Shown: positions 1 through 11,581, counted from the whole stretch's first letter. The stretch is 62,554 bases of DNA, filler included, from Stramenopiles sp. TOSAG23-6 (GCA_900128565.1; 21 parts of 21 records of this genome joined end to end with filler, not necessarily neighbours in it), one strand, 5' to 3'. Notes: generated by a model not told the origin, from the sequence alone. Numbers and translations are program-made.

Positions 1-35
1 GACCGTTTGAGACTCCGACTCCAAGTGAAGAATCA

Positions 36-1736
36 ATGAAAGAATTTCACAGGCGGCGTTTTCGCAAAATGAAGACAGAAAGTGTTCACATTGAAGCAGC
101 TAAAGCCGATCGAATTCGTAATGGGATTCATGTCGATCCTATTCACGATGCCGACTTTCTTGAATCTGAAGTACATCTTAGTACTGTCTTGGATGCGTCT
201 CTTGAACATCGAAAGGAGTTAATGCGTAACACAACAGCTGTGTTGCATAAAATGGCACCAGCAGCAAATGTAACTGGTATTGAATTACACAAATGGTGGC
301 GGGGAGAATCCGAGGATTACATTGATAGAGCGCGACTAAGATATATTCGAGAGTGGGAACAAAAGTTGCTTGATGCTCGTAAACTTGCAGCTTCCTTTAA
401 AATCAAAAATATGATAAATAAAAGAGTTTTAGAAAGGGTTACAAGAAAGATGACGGTAGAACCAGATCAAGTTGATGAAATTGTTGAAGTTGCTGAAAGA
501 CAAATTACAGGTATAGGTCCAAATGACGATCTTTGGAATGCTGCTTCATATAAAGATCGTATGAAACTTTCTCAAATGAAAAACTCTAATTCTACTAACT
601 TTTATGATCCATTTACTAGTCGAGGTCCCGGGAGAATGCCTGACAATACAACTGATTTTGATATATTTGCAGCTGCAGCAACAATGTTGAAAGATAGGCA
701 GAAAATACAGAGAGTAAATAATAACGACAATGAAAGTAGTGTAGAAAAGAATTTATCAATGAAAATGAATAACACAGATCAGACAAACAATACAACATTA
801 ATAAATGTTTCTGATATTCCTTCGTATACCAATGCTGCTGTTACAGCTGCTTTGGAATCATTACGATCAAGTCACATGGAACACAATCCTTCTACGAGTA
901 ACTTTTCTTGGGGCAACGAAAAATGGGTCGACCAGAAAATGCACCAATTAAAGCATGAAGCAGATCGACATGAACGTATGTTTTCAAAATTGAATGTCTG
1001 ATTTATTTTTTTTTTTCATACGAAATTTTGTACCTAACAATTTTTACAAAACAAAATATTTTTTCATAAGACATGTGAAACGAAACATATTATTTCAATA
1101 TCTAAAGAAAAAAATAAAGATGCAAAGAATGTTGACAATCGAGAAAGATTCAAACAAATCCAATCGAATAGTACTAACAATAATACAGCTATTAATCAAG
1201 ATGATTGGCAATTTAATTGGAATGTTCCTCCAAATTGGGATGAGCGACAAAAAACATGGGAAAAATATAGAGCAAAGGATAGTTTACCTGTTCTACGAAT
1301 TACCCGCGACACAGAATCTGGAGAATGGGTCCAGGAGCTATATTCCCCTCCTCCACATCTTATACCAAAAACTGTTCGTCATCATCTTTTAGTTGGATCA
1401 AAACCAAAATCTAAATCTTTTAAAAAGAATCATACAATGTATTCAAATGACCCTAAAGCCACAACAAATAGTACTTCAACTTTTACTCACATTCCATCCG
1501 AAGGAGAATCTGGAGTAAAATCTGGAATAAAAACACCACAAGAAAAAATTGATGAGGATGGTGGAATCCGTGTGGAATTAGATAGAATGCCTGATAATTT
1601 ACCAAAACTAGCGTATGAAAAACTTGAACAACAATGGAAAGAATACAATGGAAATTTAGATAGTCGATTAAAAGAATTAGAAAAACAAGCAAAAAGTGCA
1701 AAACGTGCTTTTCGGAAGAATAAAAGCACATTTTAA
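36..1736 (+). CDS. Hypothetical protein, probably 5'-partial; exons <36-975 and 1075-1736
   Basis: ORFs 36..1001 and 1437..1736 share a frame and join into one open frame when the 99-nt intron 976-1074 is removed. Confidence 0.7.
976..1074 (+). other. Non-canonical family intron, GT...AT
   Basis: GTATGTTTT start, TTTGTACCTAAC at 1027-1038, ends AAGACAT. The AG at 1069-1070 would frameshift. Confidence 0.75.
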
Positions 1737-1831
1737 TGGTTTTTTGAATAATCGTAAAAATAAAAGTATATTTTAATAAATCATACACTTAAGTTTTTTG
1801 AATAATCGTAAAAATATTTGTGATTGGGTTA

Positions 1832-2884
1832 TTACATTGCAGATAATATTGTGCTAAGAGTATATGTATCACCAACGAGAGCAATAACAGCAATAATTCT
1901 CATTGCCCAAAGTAAATAATCATAAGGGTGTTGTTGTGGTGTTGTATGAACTGCAGAAGCAAGAAGCATTATACAATAATATGTAAATAATTTTTGAATA
2001 ACAGTGAAACCATGTGATATTCTTACGCTAGAAGATGGAAATGTTTTCCAGCCCAAAAAACCATTGAGTTCAAAATCAGCATTCACAGCAATAAAACCAA
2101 TCCGGATCCAACAGTTACACATGTATTTTGGAAAAATATTTCAAAAAAAAACGACTAAAATTTGTTAGGTACAAAATTTACTATAAAAAATAAATTTGGA
2201 ATTGAAAAAAAATAAAACATACATATTCACACAGTACACAGCGAGCATTAATTGCTGACACCAGTCAACAAACATTTTGGATTGACCAAGAATATTATTA
2301 CCAAAACCTAATCCAAAGTTTTGTTGTTTCCACATAAAAAGGCAAATCCAAGAACTGATTGCAAAAAAAATGTATTTTGGAAAAATATTTAAAAAAAAAA
2401 CCCTAAAANNNNNNNNNNNNNNNNNNNNNNNNNNNNNNNNNNNNNNNNNNNNNNNNNNNNNNNNNNNNNNNNNNNNNNNNNNNNNNNNNNNNNNNNNNNN
2501 NNNNNNNNNNNNNNNNNNNNNNNNNNNNNNNNNNNNNNNNNNNNNNNNNNNNNNNNNNNNNNNNNACCTATTCCAATCAACGGCATATGCAATAAAAAAG
2601 AGGAATGCGCCAAAGAAATTGAACCAGGAAGTGACAACTCCGCCAGTGAAAATATTTTTTTCTACTTTAGATTTTTTTCTGCACACATCTAATACAGCTT
2701 GAAAATAATTATTATAACTGCCTTCGAATATAGCCCCAGCAAAAAACAATAGCGAACCTATGCTCCCCGTCAGAACATATAAGCAATTGTACTGAAAATT
2801 TGAAGTGAGTTCAAAATCAACAATAAAAGGGCACATAGTATTTACACAAAAGAAAAATCCTCCTATAAGATTGGACAAGGCTGC
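1832..2884 (-). CDS. Multi-pass membrane protein, 5'-partial, multi-exon
   Basis: Hydrophobic segments in ORFs 2165..2878 and 1832..2122 join in frame across intron 2121-2222. A further intron overlaps the N gap. Confidence 0.65.
2121..2222 (-). other. Non-canonical family intron, GT...AT
   Basis: AT|GTATGTTTT ... TGTACCTAAC ... CCAAAATACAT|G; 102 nt; restores frame (VNMCN). Confidence 0.8.
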
Positions 2885-2893
2885 ATGTATTTT

Positions 2894-2993
2894 NNNNNNN
2901 NNNNNNNNNNNNNNNNNNNNNNNNNNNNNNNNNNNNNTTAATTAATTAANNNNNNNNNNNNNNNNNNNNNNNNNNNNNNNNNNNNNNNNNNNN
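2894..2993. other. Artificial contig linker (N44-TTAATTAATTAA-N44), first of 20
   Basis: Identical stop-in-all-frames linker about every 2.98 kb; contig lengths decrease monotonically from 2893 to about 2873. Confidence 0.97.
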
Positions 2994-3342
2994 CGTACGA
3001 AATTTTGTACCTAACAAATTTTTTTTGAAATATTTTTCCAAAATATATCCTTCGATAGACGAAGTGTAAAATTTTCTGGAAGTCAACAGAGTGAAGGCAA
3101 TAGATTCATAAATGATATTGATCTATAAGTTTGTTCTCGAATGTGAAATTATTTTGTGTAGTATTATATAGCTACGAATTCGAAAGTGTATATTACCTCG
3201 ATTTGAATTGATAGTATGACAATTAGCTTTGATAGATTTGTTTGCATCCCCCACTGAAAATTATCACGCAAAATTGCTACGGCTATTGAAGAAAATGAAT
3301 TTATAAATTGTAAAATTCATGTATTATATTTTTTCTTTTATA

Positions 3343-4785
3343 CTAATAGCTTTCATTTAAAGATAAAGTTGCTCCAATCAATAAGTGATCTGAAGGTTGA
3401 GATTCATTCGGCATTGATCGATTATTTAACTCATCCCTCGTGGGAAGTTTTATAACTTGTCTTGGTGTCCAATGCTTGGAGCATAGAATGTAATCTAATG
3501 TTTCACAAAATGGGTCATTGATCATATCATCCGAATCATCTGACTTGGTCATTGCATCTGTAAAAGCAAAGTTAGTAAATGTTGGTTCCTTGCCATTCAT
3601 AAAATGATAACAACTTGTAAGTGAACCAGGTACAGTAGGAAGCCAATCAACTACCCTATTTTTGTTATTTTTGTTATTTTTGTTATTTTTGTTATTTTTT
3701 TTTTGTGATGAAATATCTTTACTATGACTTATTATATCTTTTTGTCTTTGTTTGCTTAAAGCAACTGCAACTCGGAATCTATTTATATCGTGATCTGATA
3801 ATTGTCCTGTTGTAACCCTGTGTTGTGAAAAAAGTTTTTTTTTTGTAAAATTTGTTAGGTACGAAATTTCGTACCAAAAAAAAATCGGAATTGATATGAA
3901 AACATACAGTTCGTAGGTAGAATCTTCCGGTTTAAAGTTGAAATCTCCAGCAAGTATAAAAGGAGTATCGTCACCTTGAGATTTTGAAAGTTCATGGATA
4001 CGATTAACCATCAAGCTACTGTGAGTTAGCATGACCAATGGCTTAGTAAAAGCACAAGGCATATGATATGTTGCAATGCCAAAACCATTATTTAATTGTC
4101 TTGATTTATTTTTTCTATTTTTTGTTGTTTTTGTTGTTTTTGTTTTTGTACTGGTCGCCGAATATTGAGTAGATCTCTCCTTTAAACCGACATACAAAAA
4201 GATATTATCACGCATTCTTGCATTTTTGAAGTCTTTCACTAGATCTAAACTAGAATCCGCTTCCCAAGACTTTGCAAGTGTGGAAATATCACATTTTTGT
4301 AGTGAATATTTGTCTTGAGGGTAAGCTATAGCTACACCCATTACCTGTGATGTTGAATAACAACTCGATATAAAGTTATACCCATACTTTTCAAAGAAAC
4401 AGTTTAAAATACCTTGCCAGTCCTGTGAAACTTCCTGTAGACATATTATACTTCCGCGCATTAAGTGTGGTAGCAAATGTGCCTGAATATCTCGTATTCT
4501 ATTGGAGGGTAATAGATGTTTCGGATCACTCTCAATAAAATAACTGGGATTACTAAAGTTTGCAGAAAGCAAGTTCCATGACACTACATTCACATTACCA
4601 CTGGTAGTTTGACTAATATTCTTATTTTCCTTTATCTGATTTTTTCCAATTCTTTTTTGCAAAGCAGGTCTAGAGGTGTCATAGTTTACGGCCATTCGTT
4701 TGAACTGAAAACCGAAGTCTTTCACCCTCGGTTTCCAGACTTTAGCAAGTGAAGCGAAAGCTGAAGAAAGATATGACATTAACAA
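3343..4785 (-). CDS. CCR4/nocturnin/angel-like EEP (endonuclease/exonuclease/phosphatase) protein
   Basis: Motifs VSWNLL, IICLQEV, ILAGDFN, TLDYI, PSDH. Contains an in-frame 90-nt intron at 3818-3907. The start codon is uncertain. Confidence 0.85.
   Translation of the reverse strand: MLMSYLSSAFASLAKVWKPRVKDFGFQFKRMAVNYDTSRPALQKRIGKNQIKENKNISQTTSGNVNVVSWNLLSANFSNPSYFIESDPKHLLPSNRIRDIQAHLLPHLMRGSIICLQEVSQDWQGILNCFFEKYGYNFISSCYSTSQVMGVAIAYPQDKYSLQKCDISTLAKSWEADSSLDLVKDFKNARMRDNIFLYVGLKERSTQYSATSTKTKTTKTTKNRKNKSRQLNNGFGIATYHMPCAFTKPLVMLTHSSLMVNRIHELSKSQGDDTPFILAGDFNFKPEDSTYELYVFISIPIFFWYEISYLTNFTKKKLFSQHRVTTGQLSDHDINRFRVAVALSKQRQKDIISHSKDISSQKKNNKNNKNNKNNKNRVVDWLPTVPGSLTSCYHFMNGKEPTFTNFAFTDAMTKSDDSDDMINDPFCETLDYILCSKHWTPRQVIKLPTRDELNNRSMPNESQPSDHLLIGATLSLNESY
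3818..3907 (-). other. Family intron with canonical ends (GT...AG), in frame and stop-free
   Basis: CT|GTATGTTTT...CGTACCTAAC...TTCACAACACAG|G gives YELVTTG. This fixes the register of the family's 3' end. Confidence 0.85.
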
Positions 4786-5066
4786 CTAATTGGCAATATA
4801 TATTTACTACAATCAAATTGAATACTATGATACGTGAGAGTTCTACAGTTGATTTAATTCCAACAATAATGTATGTAAAGAGTAGGTACACGTATGGCCT
4901 CTCTATGGCCTCCAGGTTTGACTTACAATAAATTTGCACTGAACAGTAACCCTAACCCTAACTAATTCAAATATTTAATTCGATTTTTAGATTCAATTTT
5001 TATATGAATTTTATTGCGAATTTCTTAAATTTACTCTCTGTTGATTACTGTAGTAAGATTTTCAAT

Positions 5067-5833
5067 TCAACGTACACTACATTGAGAATTTGGATCTCCA
5101 CTACTTGACCCACCACTATCATTTAACGCAACAGCAACAACTGCCTTGTGATGACCAAATATTGTGAAAAATATTTTTTTTTTGGTAAAAATCGTTAGGT
5201 ACAAAATTTCCTAGAAAACAAATATTCGAAATCGGTAAAAAAAATAATGATGAAAACATACTGTGTAATGTCTAACAACGACTCCTCGACGAACTTCCCA
5301 TAAGCGAGCACTAAAGTCAGACGATGCTGTAACTAAATATGAAGAATCGGCTGAAAATGCGCAATCCCAAATCCATTTTTCATTTATTGTTAAAAAATAT
5401 TTTTTCATTCAAATGATGATTTTGTTAAGTACAAATTTTTCAGGTACAATAAAAAAAAAAAAAATCGTTACAAAAAACTTTGGTACAAACACTCATTTTT
5501 GAAAACATACATGTACCGCAAGCTTTTTGTACATTGAAACTTTCAAATCGGAGCTATTTATTGTAGGGTTAGGGTTTGTTACTGTAGTCATTGTTTTTTT
5601 TTTATTTCTTTCTTGCGATGCTGCTGATGTGAGATTAGGGTTAGGGCTTTTTTTATCATTTGATGTTGGAGGTGTTGAAGGACGGAGTGTTGCATCTTCG
5701 ACTATTTCAGGTACCTCACTAGGTGAATTCATTGGCGTATTTTTTGAGAAAAATTCATCTTTTGTTAAATTCGTTTTGATATTTTCTAAACTCCAAATTT
5801 TTGCTGTATGATCTGAACTTGCTGTTGCAAGGT
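5067..5833 (-). CDS. LST8: TOR complex subunit LST8 (WD40), 3' part; exons 5833-5511, 5381-5262, 5156-5067
   Basis: Spliced product reads [14 protein letters not shown] ... [29 protein letters not shown] ... [17 protein letters not shown]. Confidence 0.88.
5157..5261 (-). other. Non-canonical family intron, GT...TT
   Basis: ACA|GTATGTTTT...TGTACCTAAC...TTCACAATATTT|GGT restores LST8 YTGHHKAV. Confidence 0.85.
5382..5510 (-). other. Non-canonical family intron, GT...AT
   Basis: CAT|GTATGT...TGTACTTAAC...ACAATAAAT|GAA restores LST8 H-E-K-W-I-W-D-C. Confidence 0.85.
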
Positions 5834-6008
5834 ATGTATTTTGGAAAAATATTTCAAAAAAAAATCGTTAGGTACAAAATTTCGTNNNNNNNNNNNNNNN
5901 NNNNNNNNNNNNNNNNNNNNNNNNNNNNNTTAATTAATTAANNNNNNNNNNNNNNNNNNNNNNNNNNNNNNNNNNNNNNNNNNNNATTTTAAAAATTGAA
6001 TTTCGAAT

Positions 6009-6048
<40 letters not shown>

Positions 6049-6113
6049 ATTTAAACCCTACAAATTTTTTTTTTTTTTCCAAAAAAAAAAAAATATATTT
6101 TTTCACACTACAT

Positions 6114-6692
6114 GGCAGCAAGGTTATGGACAGCTGGTTGGAACTTTTATGCTCCTCCTGAAACTGTCATTTTCCATTTATGGAGTCGAAGTTATCGTCC
6201 GTCATGGCGTCAATTGTTTTCAAAAGAAAGTGTTAAAGGCCGATTAATGTATATATGTTTTATTTTTTTTTTTTAACAAAAAATTCGATTTTTTTTTTTG
6301 TTTTTTTATAAAAATTCCGTACCTAACAAATTTTACAAAAAAAAAATATTTGTTTATGAATACATGATTTAGAAAAAAGAGCTCTACGAAATATAAAAAA
6401 ATATTTTGAACAATCCATAAAAACAAATAATGATAATGTTTCAGCACCTACCTTATTTAGTATGCGTAATTGTCAATTTCGTTCATTTTCTAAATATCAA
6501 GAGAAATGTGGTGTCAATTTTATGTCTAAACAAATAAATGAAAAGGCAAAGTATTCTTCTTACTTGGATACCTCGGAGAATTCAAATCATTCTAATGAGA
6601 GTATCTCCAAAAACACAGAAAAACAAATTCTTCATGTGGAAAATACACGAAATATTCTAAAAATAGTTCAAGACAAATATTTATCACAATGA
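6114..6692 (+). CDS. Skp1-hydroxyproline GlcNAc-transferase-like (Gnt1/GT60) protein, 3' part; exons 6114-6252 and 6366-6692
   Basis: Unlisted exon translates AARLWTAGWNFYAPPETVIFHLWSRSYRP, a GT60 family motif. It joins ORF 6462..6692 via intron 6253-6365. Confidence 0.7.
6253..6365 (+). other. Non-canonical family intron, AT...AT
   Basis: TAT|ATATGTTTT...CGTACCTAAC...GAATACAT|GAT keeps frame. The GT at 6249 gives an immediate stop. Confidence 0.7.
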
Positions 6693-6846
6693 TACAGAAC
6701 CTTTTTAGATGTTTGATGATTTTTGATGAGTTTTTGATGATCATAATGACAATAATAATAATAGTAACAATAATAGTAATCATAATAAATGTAATGAAAA
6801 AGTATTCTTTGAAAGGTTTTTTTTAAAATAATTTTTAGAGTAAAGT

Positions 6847-7392
6847 TTAAGGAATATCAGATGGAGGCATGTCAGTAAGGTAAACAACAATTCCATCCAA
6901 GTCTTTAGTGAGTACCACTTTTTCAGCTAAACGTGAAGTGGCAGTAAGTTCAGGTAGTGGTACATGAACATCGACAAGCTCTGAAAGTTTATTTATCTCT
7001 TCTTCCAAAGGCGCAGGGAGTAGATCAAACCATTTTTGTGGCAGTATTACATGAGACTGAGGTGTCGCAGGTCCTTCGCCAAATTCATCTTCAACCCATA
7101 TATCAGTACGCCTAATAGAGGTATGAAGTGAATCTTGATTACCACAATCTAATTCAGTAAGGTTGTGCAACAATGCAACATCCCTTAATGTCATACCAGT
7201 CCTTCCTGGGCAACGATGTAAATTATTCTGCTGGTCAATAAAGTTCACGTTAACAGTCACATCCGCAACAGTTGGTGGACGATTAGGGTCAACATGTTCT
7301 GTTGCACCTGCACCAAACATTCGTACACCCAAAGACGTATTCTGCCACATATTGTTACGGCAACAAAGACGTGTAAAATACCGGGTTAACAT
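6847..7392 (-). CDS. Mitochondrial adrenodoxin-fold protein lacking most 2Fe-2S cysteines (complex I ferredoxin-like candidate)
   Basis: Arg-rich presequence; VNFIDQ..G.TL; GEGPATPQSHVIL in place of CxxxxxCxxCHV; SRLAEKV in place of SRLGCQ; LDGIVV. Confidence 0.7.
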   Translation of the reverse strand: MLTRYFTRLCCRNNMWQNTSLGVRMFGAGATEHVDPNRPPTVADVTVNVNFIDQQNNLHRCPGRTGMTLRDVALLHNLTELDCGNQDSLHTSIRRTDIWVEDEFGEGPATPQSHVILPQKWFDLLPAPLEEEINKLSELVDVHVPLPELTATSRLAEKVVLTKDLDGIVVYLTDMPPSDIP

Positions 7393-7668
7393 TGTGTCAC
7401 TAAAGTGTTTCAAGTTAATACAATTTAGTTTATAGAATACGTCGTAGTAGTTATCGATTGAATATTCTATGAAATTGAAGCACGCGAGTCAATAATTGAA
7501 TTTTGACAATCAGATTTAGCGTTAGGGTTGGGGTTTCGTCGCGCACTGAAAAATAAACAATAATTTTGCTAAAAAATCGAAGCTCAAGAAGAATTCAACA
7601 TTTAATTTTGTTTTAAGTTTATCACGCCATAGTCACAGTGAATTGAAATAGAATAGTATAGTACAAGG

Positions 7669-8876
7669 ATGTTTGGTTGGGGAGGTAGTCAGCCTGCACC
7701 GGCTCAGCCATATCAGTATCAGCAAAACTCATCTGCAGTGGTAGCTGCACGTCAGGCGCAAATTGCGTCCATCCAACGTCAAGTGCCGGTTGCAAGACCT
7801 CGAGGCTCTGATTCTGTGTGGGCTGTGGGACTACGTCTTAGCACAGGACAAATTATTTCTTTGACAACGACTTTGCCTCCTGGTTTCCCACAAGCTGCTC
7901 CAACTATGCAAATTTCTGTCAAGTCGACACACCCTTGGATTGATAGTAGAATGTTTGTCACTGGGCATCCTCAGTTGCGTGTGTGGCAGCCACACTATGA
8001 CTTAGGACGAATTTTAAGTGAAGTTGTCAATGAATTTAGTGCCCGACCACCTCAACTTGTAGTTCCACCACCTGCGTATCCTGGGCAAGTCCAAGGTAAT
8101 GTTCCTTCACCTCCTATAAAACCGACATCTTTGACAAAGACTGCATCAATACGACACACACCATTACCTCCTATACCTTCTTCATTTCCAAAATTAAAAG
8201 ATCTTGAACTCAAGCAACTACAACAATTAAAGGAGAATGAAGAATATTTAGATGATTTCGTAAGTGGAATTAAATGCCTTGAAGAGTTTAAAAAAATGCT
8301 TGACGATTTAAAAACTGCTTCAGGTGAATCCGCACGACATGTACATTTTTTTTTACCAATTTCGAATTTATTTTTTTTTTTCATACGAAATTCCGTACCT
8401 AACAATTTTTTTTACTAAAAAAAATATTTTTTCACAATACAAAATCTTAAAAGTGCCGATGAAGTCGCCGCGTTGAAAGAAGAAGTGAATAATCATTCGG
8501 ATATTCTTAGAGTTAAAAAGTCAGAATATGAAGAAAAATGTAGTAAACAAAGTGAAGTTCTTCAACGATATACACCTGAAAATGTACGTTTTCAATTTCA
8601 GTTTTTTTTTTCATATTTTTTTTTCGTAGGAAATTTTGTACCTAACGATTTTTTTTGGTAAAAAAAAAAAAAAAAAAAAAAAATTTTTTCACAATAAATG
8701 TCCTACGAATTTTATCCCAAGGAGTAGATACACAAGATAATCTTTCGCGTGATATTGCTCAACAATTTGTTGATGGCGATTTGGAGTTACGTGAATTTGA
8801 AAAAAAATATCATAAAAGTAGGCAACTTTATCATTTCCGTAATGCAAAAATGGAAAGATTTTGTGCAACTCACAAT
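7669..8876 (+). CDS. VPS37: ESCRT-I subunit VPS37A-like (UEV plus Mod(r)); exons 7669-8340, 8443-8583, 8700->8876
   Basis: LPPGFPQAAP and HPWID UEV motifs, a Pro-rich linker, and C-terminal AQQFVDGDLELREFEKKYHKSRQLYHFRNAKME. Confidence 0.8.
8341..8442 (+). other. Non-canonical family intron, GT...AA
   Basis: CAT|GTACATTTT...CGTACCTAAC...TTCACAATACAA|AAT CTT gives ARHNL in frame. The intron contains no AG. Confidence 0.75.
8584..8699 (+). other. Non-canonical family intron, GT...AT
   Basis: AAT|GTACGTTTT...TGTACCTAAC...CACAATAAAT|GTC; PENVLRIL in frame. Confidence 0.8.
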
Positions 8877-9343
8877 NNNNNNNNNNNNNNNNNNNNNNNN
8901 NNNNNNNNNNNNNNNNNNNNTTAATTAATTAANNNNNNNNNNNNNNNNNNNNNNNNNNNNNNNNNNNNNNNNNNNNGGATAATGCAACAAAAGAAGGGGG
9001 GATCATGAAGCAACGTTTGTCATAGCTTATACAAAGAAAGAGTACAAAAAATAAGTACAAAAAAGAATAAATAACAATTAAATGGAGAAACTTTACACGT
9101 TTACTGCATATGCTCTTTTGAGTCGCCTCGCCATGTAACACTTAAATAAATACGGATATAAAAATATACACTACATCTAGTTCATATTCCCTATACACCT
9201 AGTACACTCTAAGTACTAGAAAATATCAACAGCAATATCTTTCTACTTTTGAACCATAACCATTTAAAATACTCTACCGGAGAGCTAGCATAAAAATGTT
9301 GTATTGTGCACCACATAATGGTACAAGTTGCTGCCAAGAGCAC

Positions 9344-9796
9344 TTAGAAGCGGAGCTTCTGGAAGAAGTATTTAGCACCATCGCGATTCTTTTGACTCTT
9401 TGATGCAGTCTGTGCTTGATAACGTTCTTCAAAAACCTTTTTGACGGCGGTGAGCGCAGCAGCTTTGGACTCGGAGACGTTTGCAGATGAAGCAAGAGCG
9501 TCATCGTTGACAACCTTTTTGAGGTCAAGATCGTTAATTTGGTAACGAGTTGGCATCATGTGATTGAAGTTAACGTATTTGACGAATGGCTTGATCTTGG
9601 AGCGCTTAGCCTGCTTCTTTTTAGACATACTCTTGGTGATCTTGCGTGGGTAGCGGTTAATTCCTGCAACGAGGCAGTGACCGAATTTGCGGTCACCTTC
9701 ACCTTCATCGTAGGTCTTGACGACTACAGCCTTCTTACCGGCGTATCGACCAGCAAGCATGACAACAACCTTTCCACTTTTGATGAATTTTCCCAT
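9344..9796 (-). CDS. RPL27: 60S ribosomal protein eL27
   Basis: [24 protein letters not shown] ... KYFFQKLRF; intronless; strongly biased codons. Confidence 0.97.
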   Translation of the reverse strand: MGKFIKSGKVVVMLAGRYAGKKAVVVKTYDEGEGDRKFGHCLVAGINRYPRKITKSMSKKKQAKRSKIKPFVKYVNFNHMMPTRYQINDLDLKKVVNDDALASSANVSESKAAALTAVKKVFEERYQAQTASKSQKNRDGAKYFFQKLRF

Positions 9797-10089
9797 GATT
9801 AATTAATGTATGGTGTGTATAGTTTCTTGGAAGACCAAGAAAAACCAAAGAAGACCAGGGAGAAGACAACCACCACAAGAAGAAGACGAAGAAGACGGAC
9901 GCAAATTTAAACTGAATATATCGTGAGGTCATATCAAGCAGGTTTGTTCCAAATTTTTGCTTTCGAAATGTTTGATTTTGATTTTTTTTGCTACCAAATT
10001 ACAGGATTAGGTCTATAAAATTATTAGTCTTGTTGTTTATTGTTCAAAATTCTCGAGGTGTATGGAATAAATCACACATCAGGATAATA

Positions 10090-10834
10090 ATGCTTACTCG
10101 TATAAAGAGTACAAAGAGCATTTCAAGCAGAATAAGACAGTTTTCGACTGTAAGTAATCGCACGTCACGTGCAACACAATTTAGATTTTCAACAAGTTTC
10201 TCAACAACTGCTGTTGATAGTGTGTTACATAGACGCAATGATTTTCGCTATACTTTGCCAATTCAGACAAGATGGAAGGATAATGATCAATACGGACATG
10301 TGAACAACGTAGTTTATTACTCTTATTTTGACACTGCAGTACGTAAAATATCTCAACATGTGTAAAGATTTTATTTTTTTGTTTTGTATCATTTTCGTGG
10401 TTTTATTTTTTTGTGCTTTTTGTGCTTTTTGAAGTGATATCATTTTTTTTAAAGATGAATCATTATGGAGTGATATTTGTTTTGAAGATGAATCAGTGGA
10501 ATTACTTTTTCTATAATTTCTGAACAAATAGGTGAATCATTTTCTCTATAAAGAAGTTGGACTAATCGGTGCAAATTCTAAACAGTTGGGCTATGTCGTG
10601 CATTCCAACTGTGACTATATCAAACCAATTGCATATCCCGAAATAATTACAGCAGGAGTTGCCGTGACTAAAGTAGGAAATTCAAGTGTACACTGGAAAA
10701 TTGGTATATTTGGAGAAAATTGTGATACAGCAGCTGCGATTGGCTCTCTTATTCATGTTTTTGTTGATTCAAAAACAAAAAGACCGTCTCCGCTATCAAG
10801 TGAAATTAGAAACGCCATTGATGCCAAATTGTAA
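10090..10834 (+). CDS. 4HBT/YbgC-like hotdog acyl-CoA thioesterase with presequence; exons 10090-10338 and 10532-10834
   Basis: [28 protein letters not shown] motif; canonical GT-AG intron 10339-10531 that lacks the family motifs. Confidence 0.88.
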
Positions 10835-11030
10835 ACATTTATCAAATTAAATTAAATGTTTAAACATTTTATAATTGAAAATGTTGATTAATTAAATTAA
10901 ATGTAAACATTTTATTATAAATCTTGAAAATGTTGACATTAGTATACCACGGCAAGAAATCCTTTTTATATGTTTGTAATGTGTTCGAAAGTCGAGATGT
11001 TAGACAAATTATCTAGAGTTATATTTAGAG

Positions 11031-11099
11031 TGATCTAGAGTCATCTTTAGAGTCATCTTTAGAGTCAACTTTAGAGTCATCTTTAGAGTAATCTAGAGT
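11031..11099. repeat. Degenerate ~12-nt tandem repeat (TTTAGAGTCATC)
   Basis: About 6 imperfect copies immediately downstream of the 11099..11581 ORF. Confidence 0.7.
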
Positions 11100-11581
11100 T
11101 ACTTTTGCTTTCCTCTCATTCGTTTTTGCAGTTCAGCTGCTGTCGGGCCATTCCTTGGTACACCTGCTTTTTGTGCTTGTATAAGATTCTCCAAGCTAAA
11201 GCTTCTCTTCGTAGCTTCTTGAACTATACCCGAAAAATCACGTGCTTTTTGGCGTACAACTGGTGTAGGACCAATTCCTTGAGCTTTTTGTTCTAGGTAT
11301 TTTCTATGAGCAATCATATCTTCAGCATCACGTAATACTTTACGTCCAATGTCACGCAATATTTCTTCGGTCTCTTTTTGTCCACCAAGTATTTCAGTGA
11401 TAGGAATACCGCCAACTTCTAAACCTTCAAGCTTTGCAGCAAGTACCTCAGGAAATTCAGTATGACGTATAACTTGTTTGGCTTCTTCAAATTTGGCTTT
11501 TTCATAGTCTGCATCCATTGCAGCATTAGTTGCTGTGAACAAGACAAGTGAAAGAATAAGATGGTGTAATTTAATAAACAT
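11099..11581 (-). CDS. Hypothetical secreted protein
   Basis: 160-aa intronless ORF with signal-peptide-like N-terminus (LILSLVLFTATNA). Confidence 0.6.
   Translation of the reverse strand: MFIKLHHLILSLVLFTATNAAMDADYEKAKFEEAKQVIRHTEFPEVLAAKLEGLEVGGIPITEILGGQKETEEILRDIGRKVLRDAEDMIAHRKYLEQKAQGIGPTPVVRQKARDFSGIVQEATKRSFSLENLIQAQKAGVPRNGPTAAELQKRMRGKQK

Noticed and set aside
994-1392. Many short F/K-rich ORFs sharing FVPN, YLTN, KFCT or KYFSK peptides, resembling a repeat protein family
   Set aside because: These are translations of the intron family in different frames.
2938-2949. Regularly spaced TTAATTAATTAA palindrome
   Set aside because: It is a synthetic stop-in-six-frames spacer embedded in N runs. 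Gene adjacency across it has no biological meaning.
3045-3052. ATATCCTT, a textbook U12 donor
   Set aside because: It overlaps the 3' end of a family intron (AAAATATAT|CCTT), has no supporting downstream U12 branch site, and is likely chance.
9344-9796. Alternative genetic code or frameshifting as the cause of broken ORFs
   Set aside because: Intronless genes translate and terminate normally, and TAA, TAG and TGA all act as stops. Breaks coincide with ~100-nt inserts whose removal restores the proteins.
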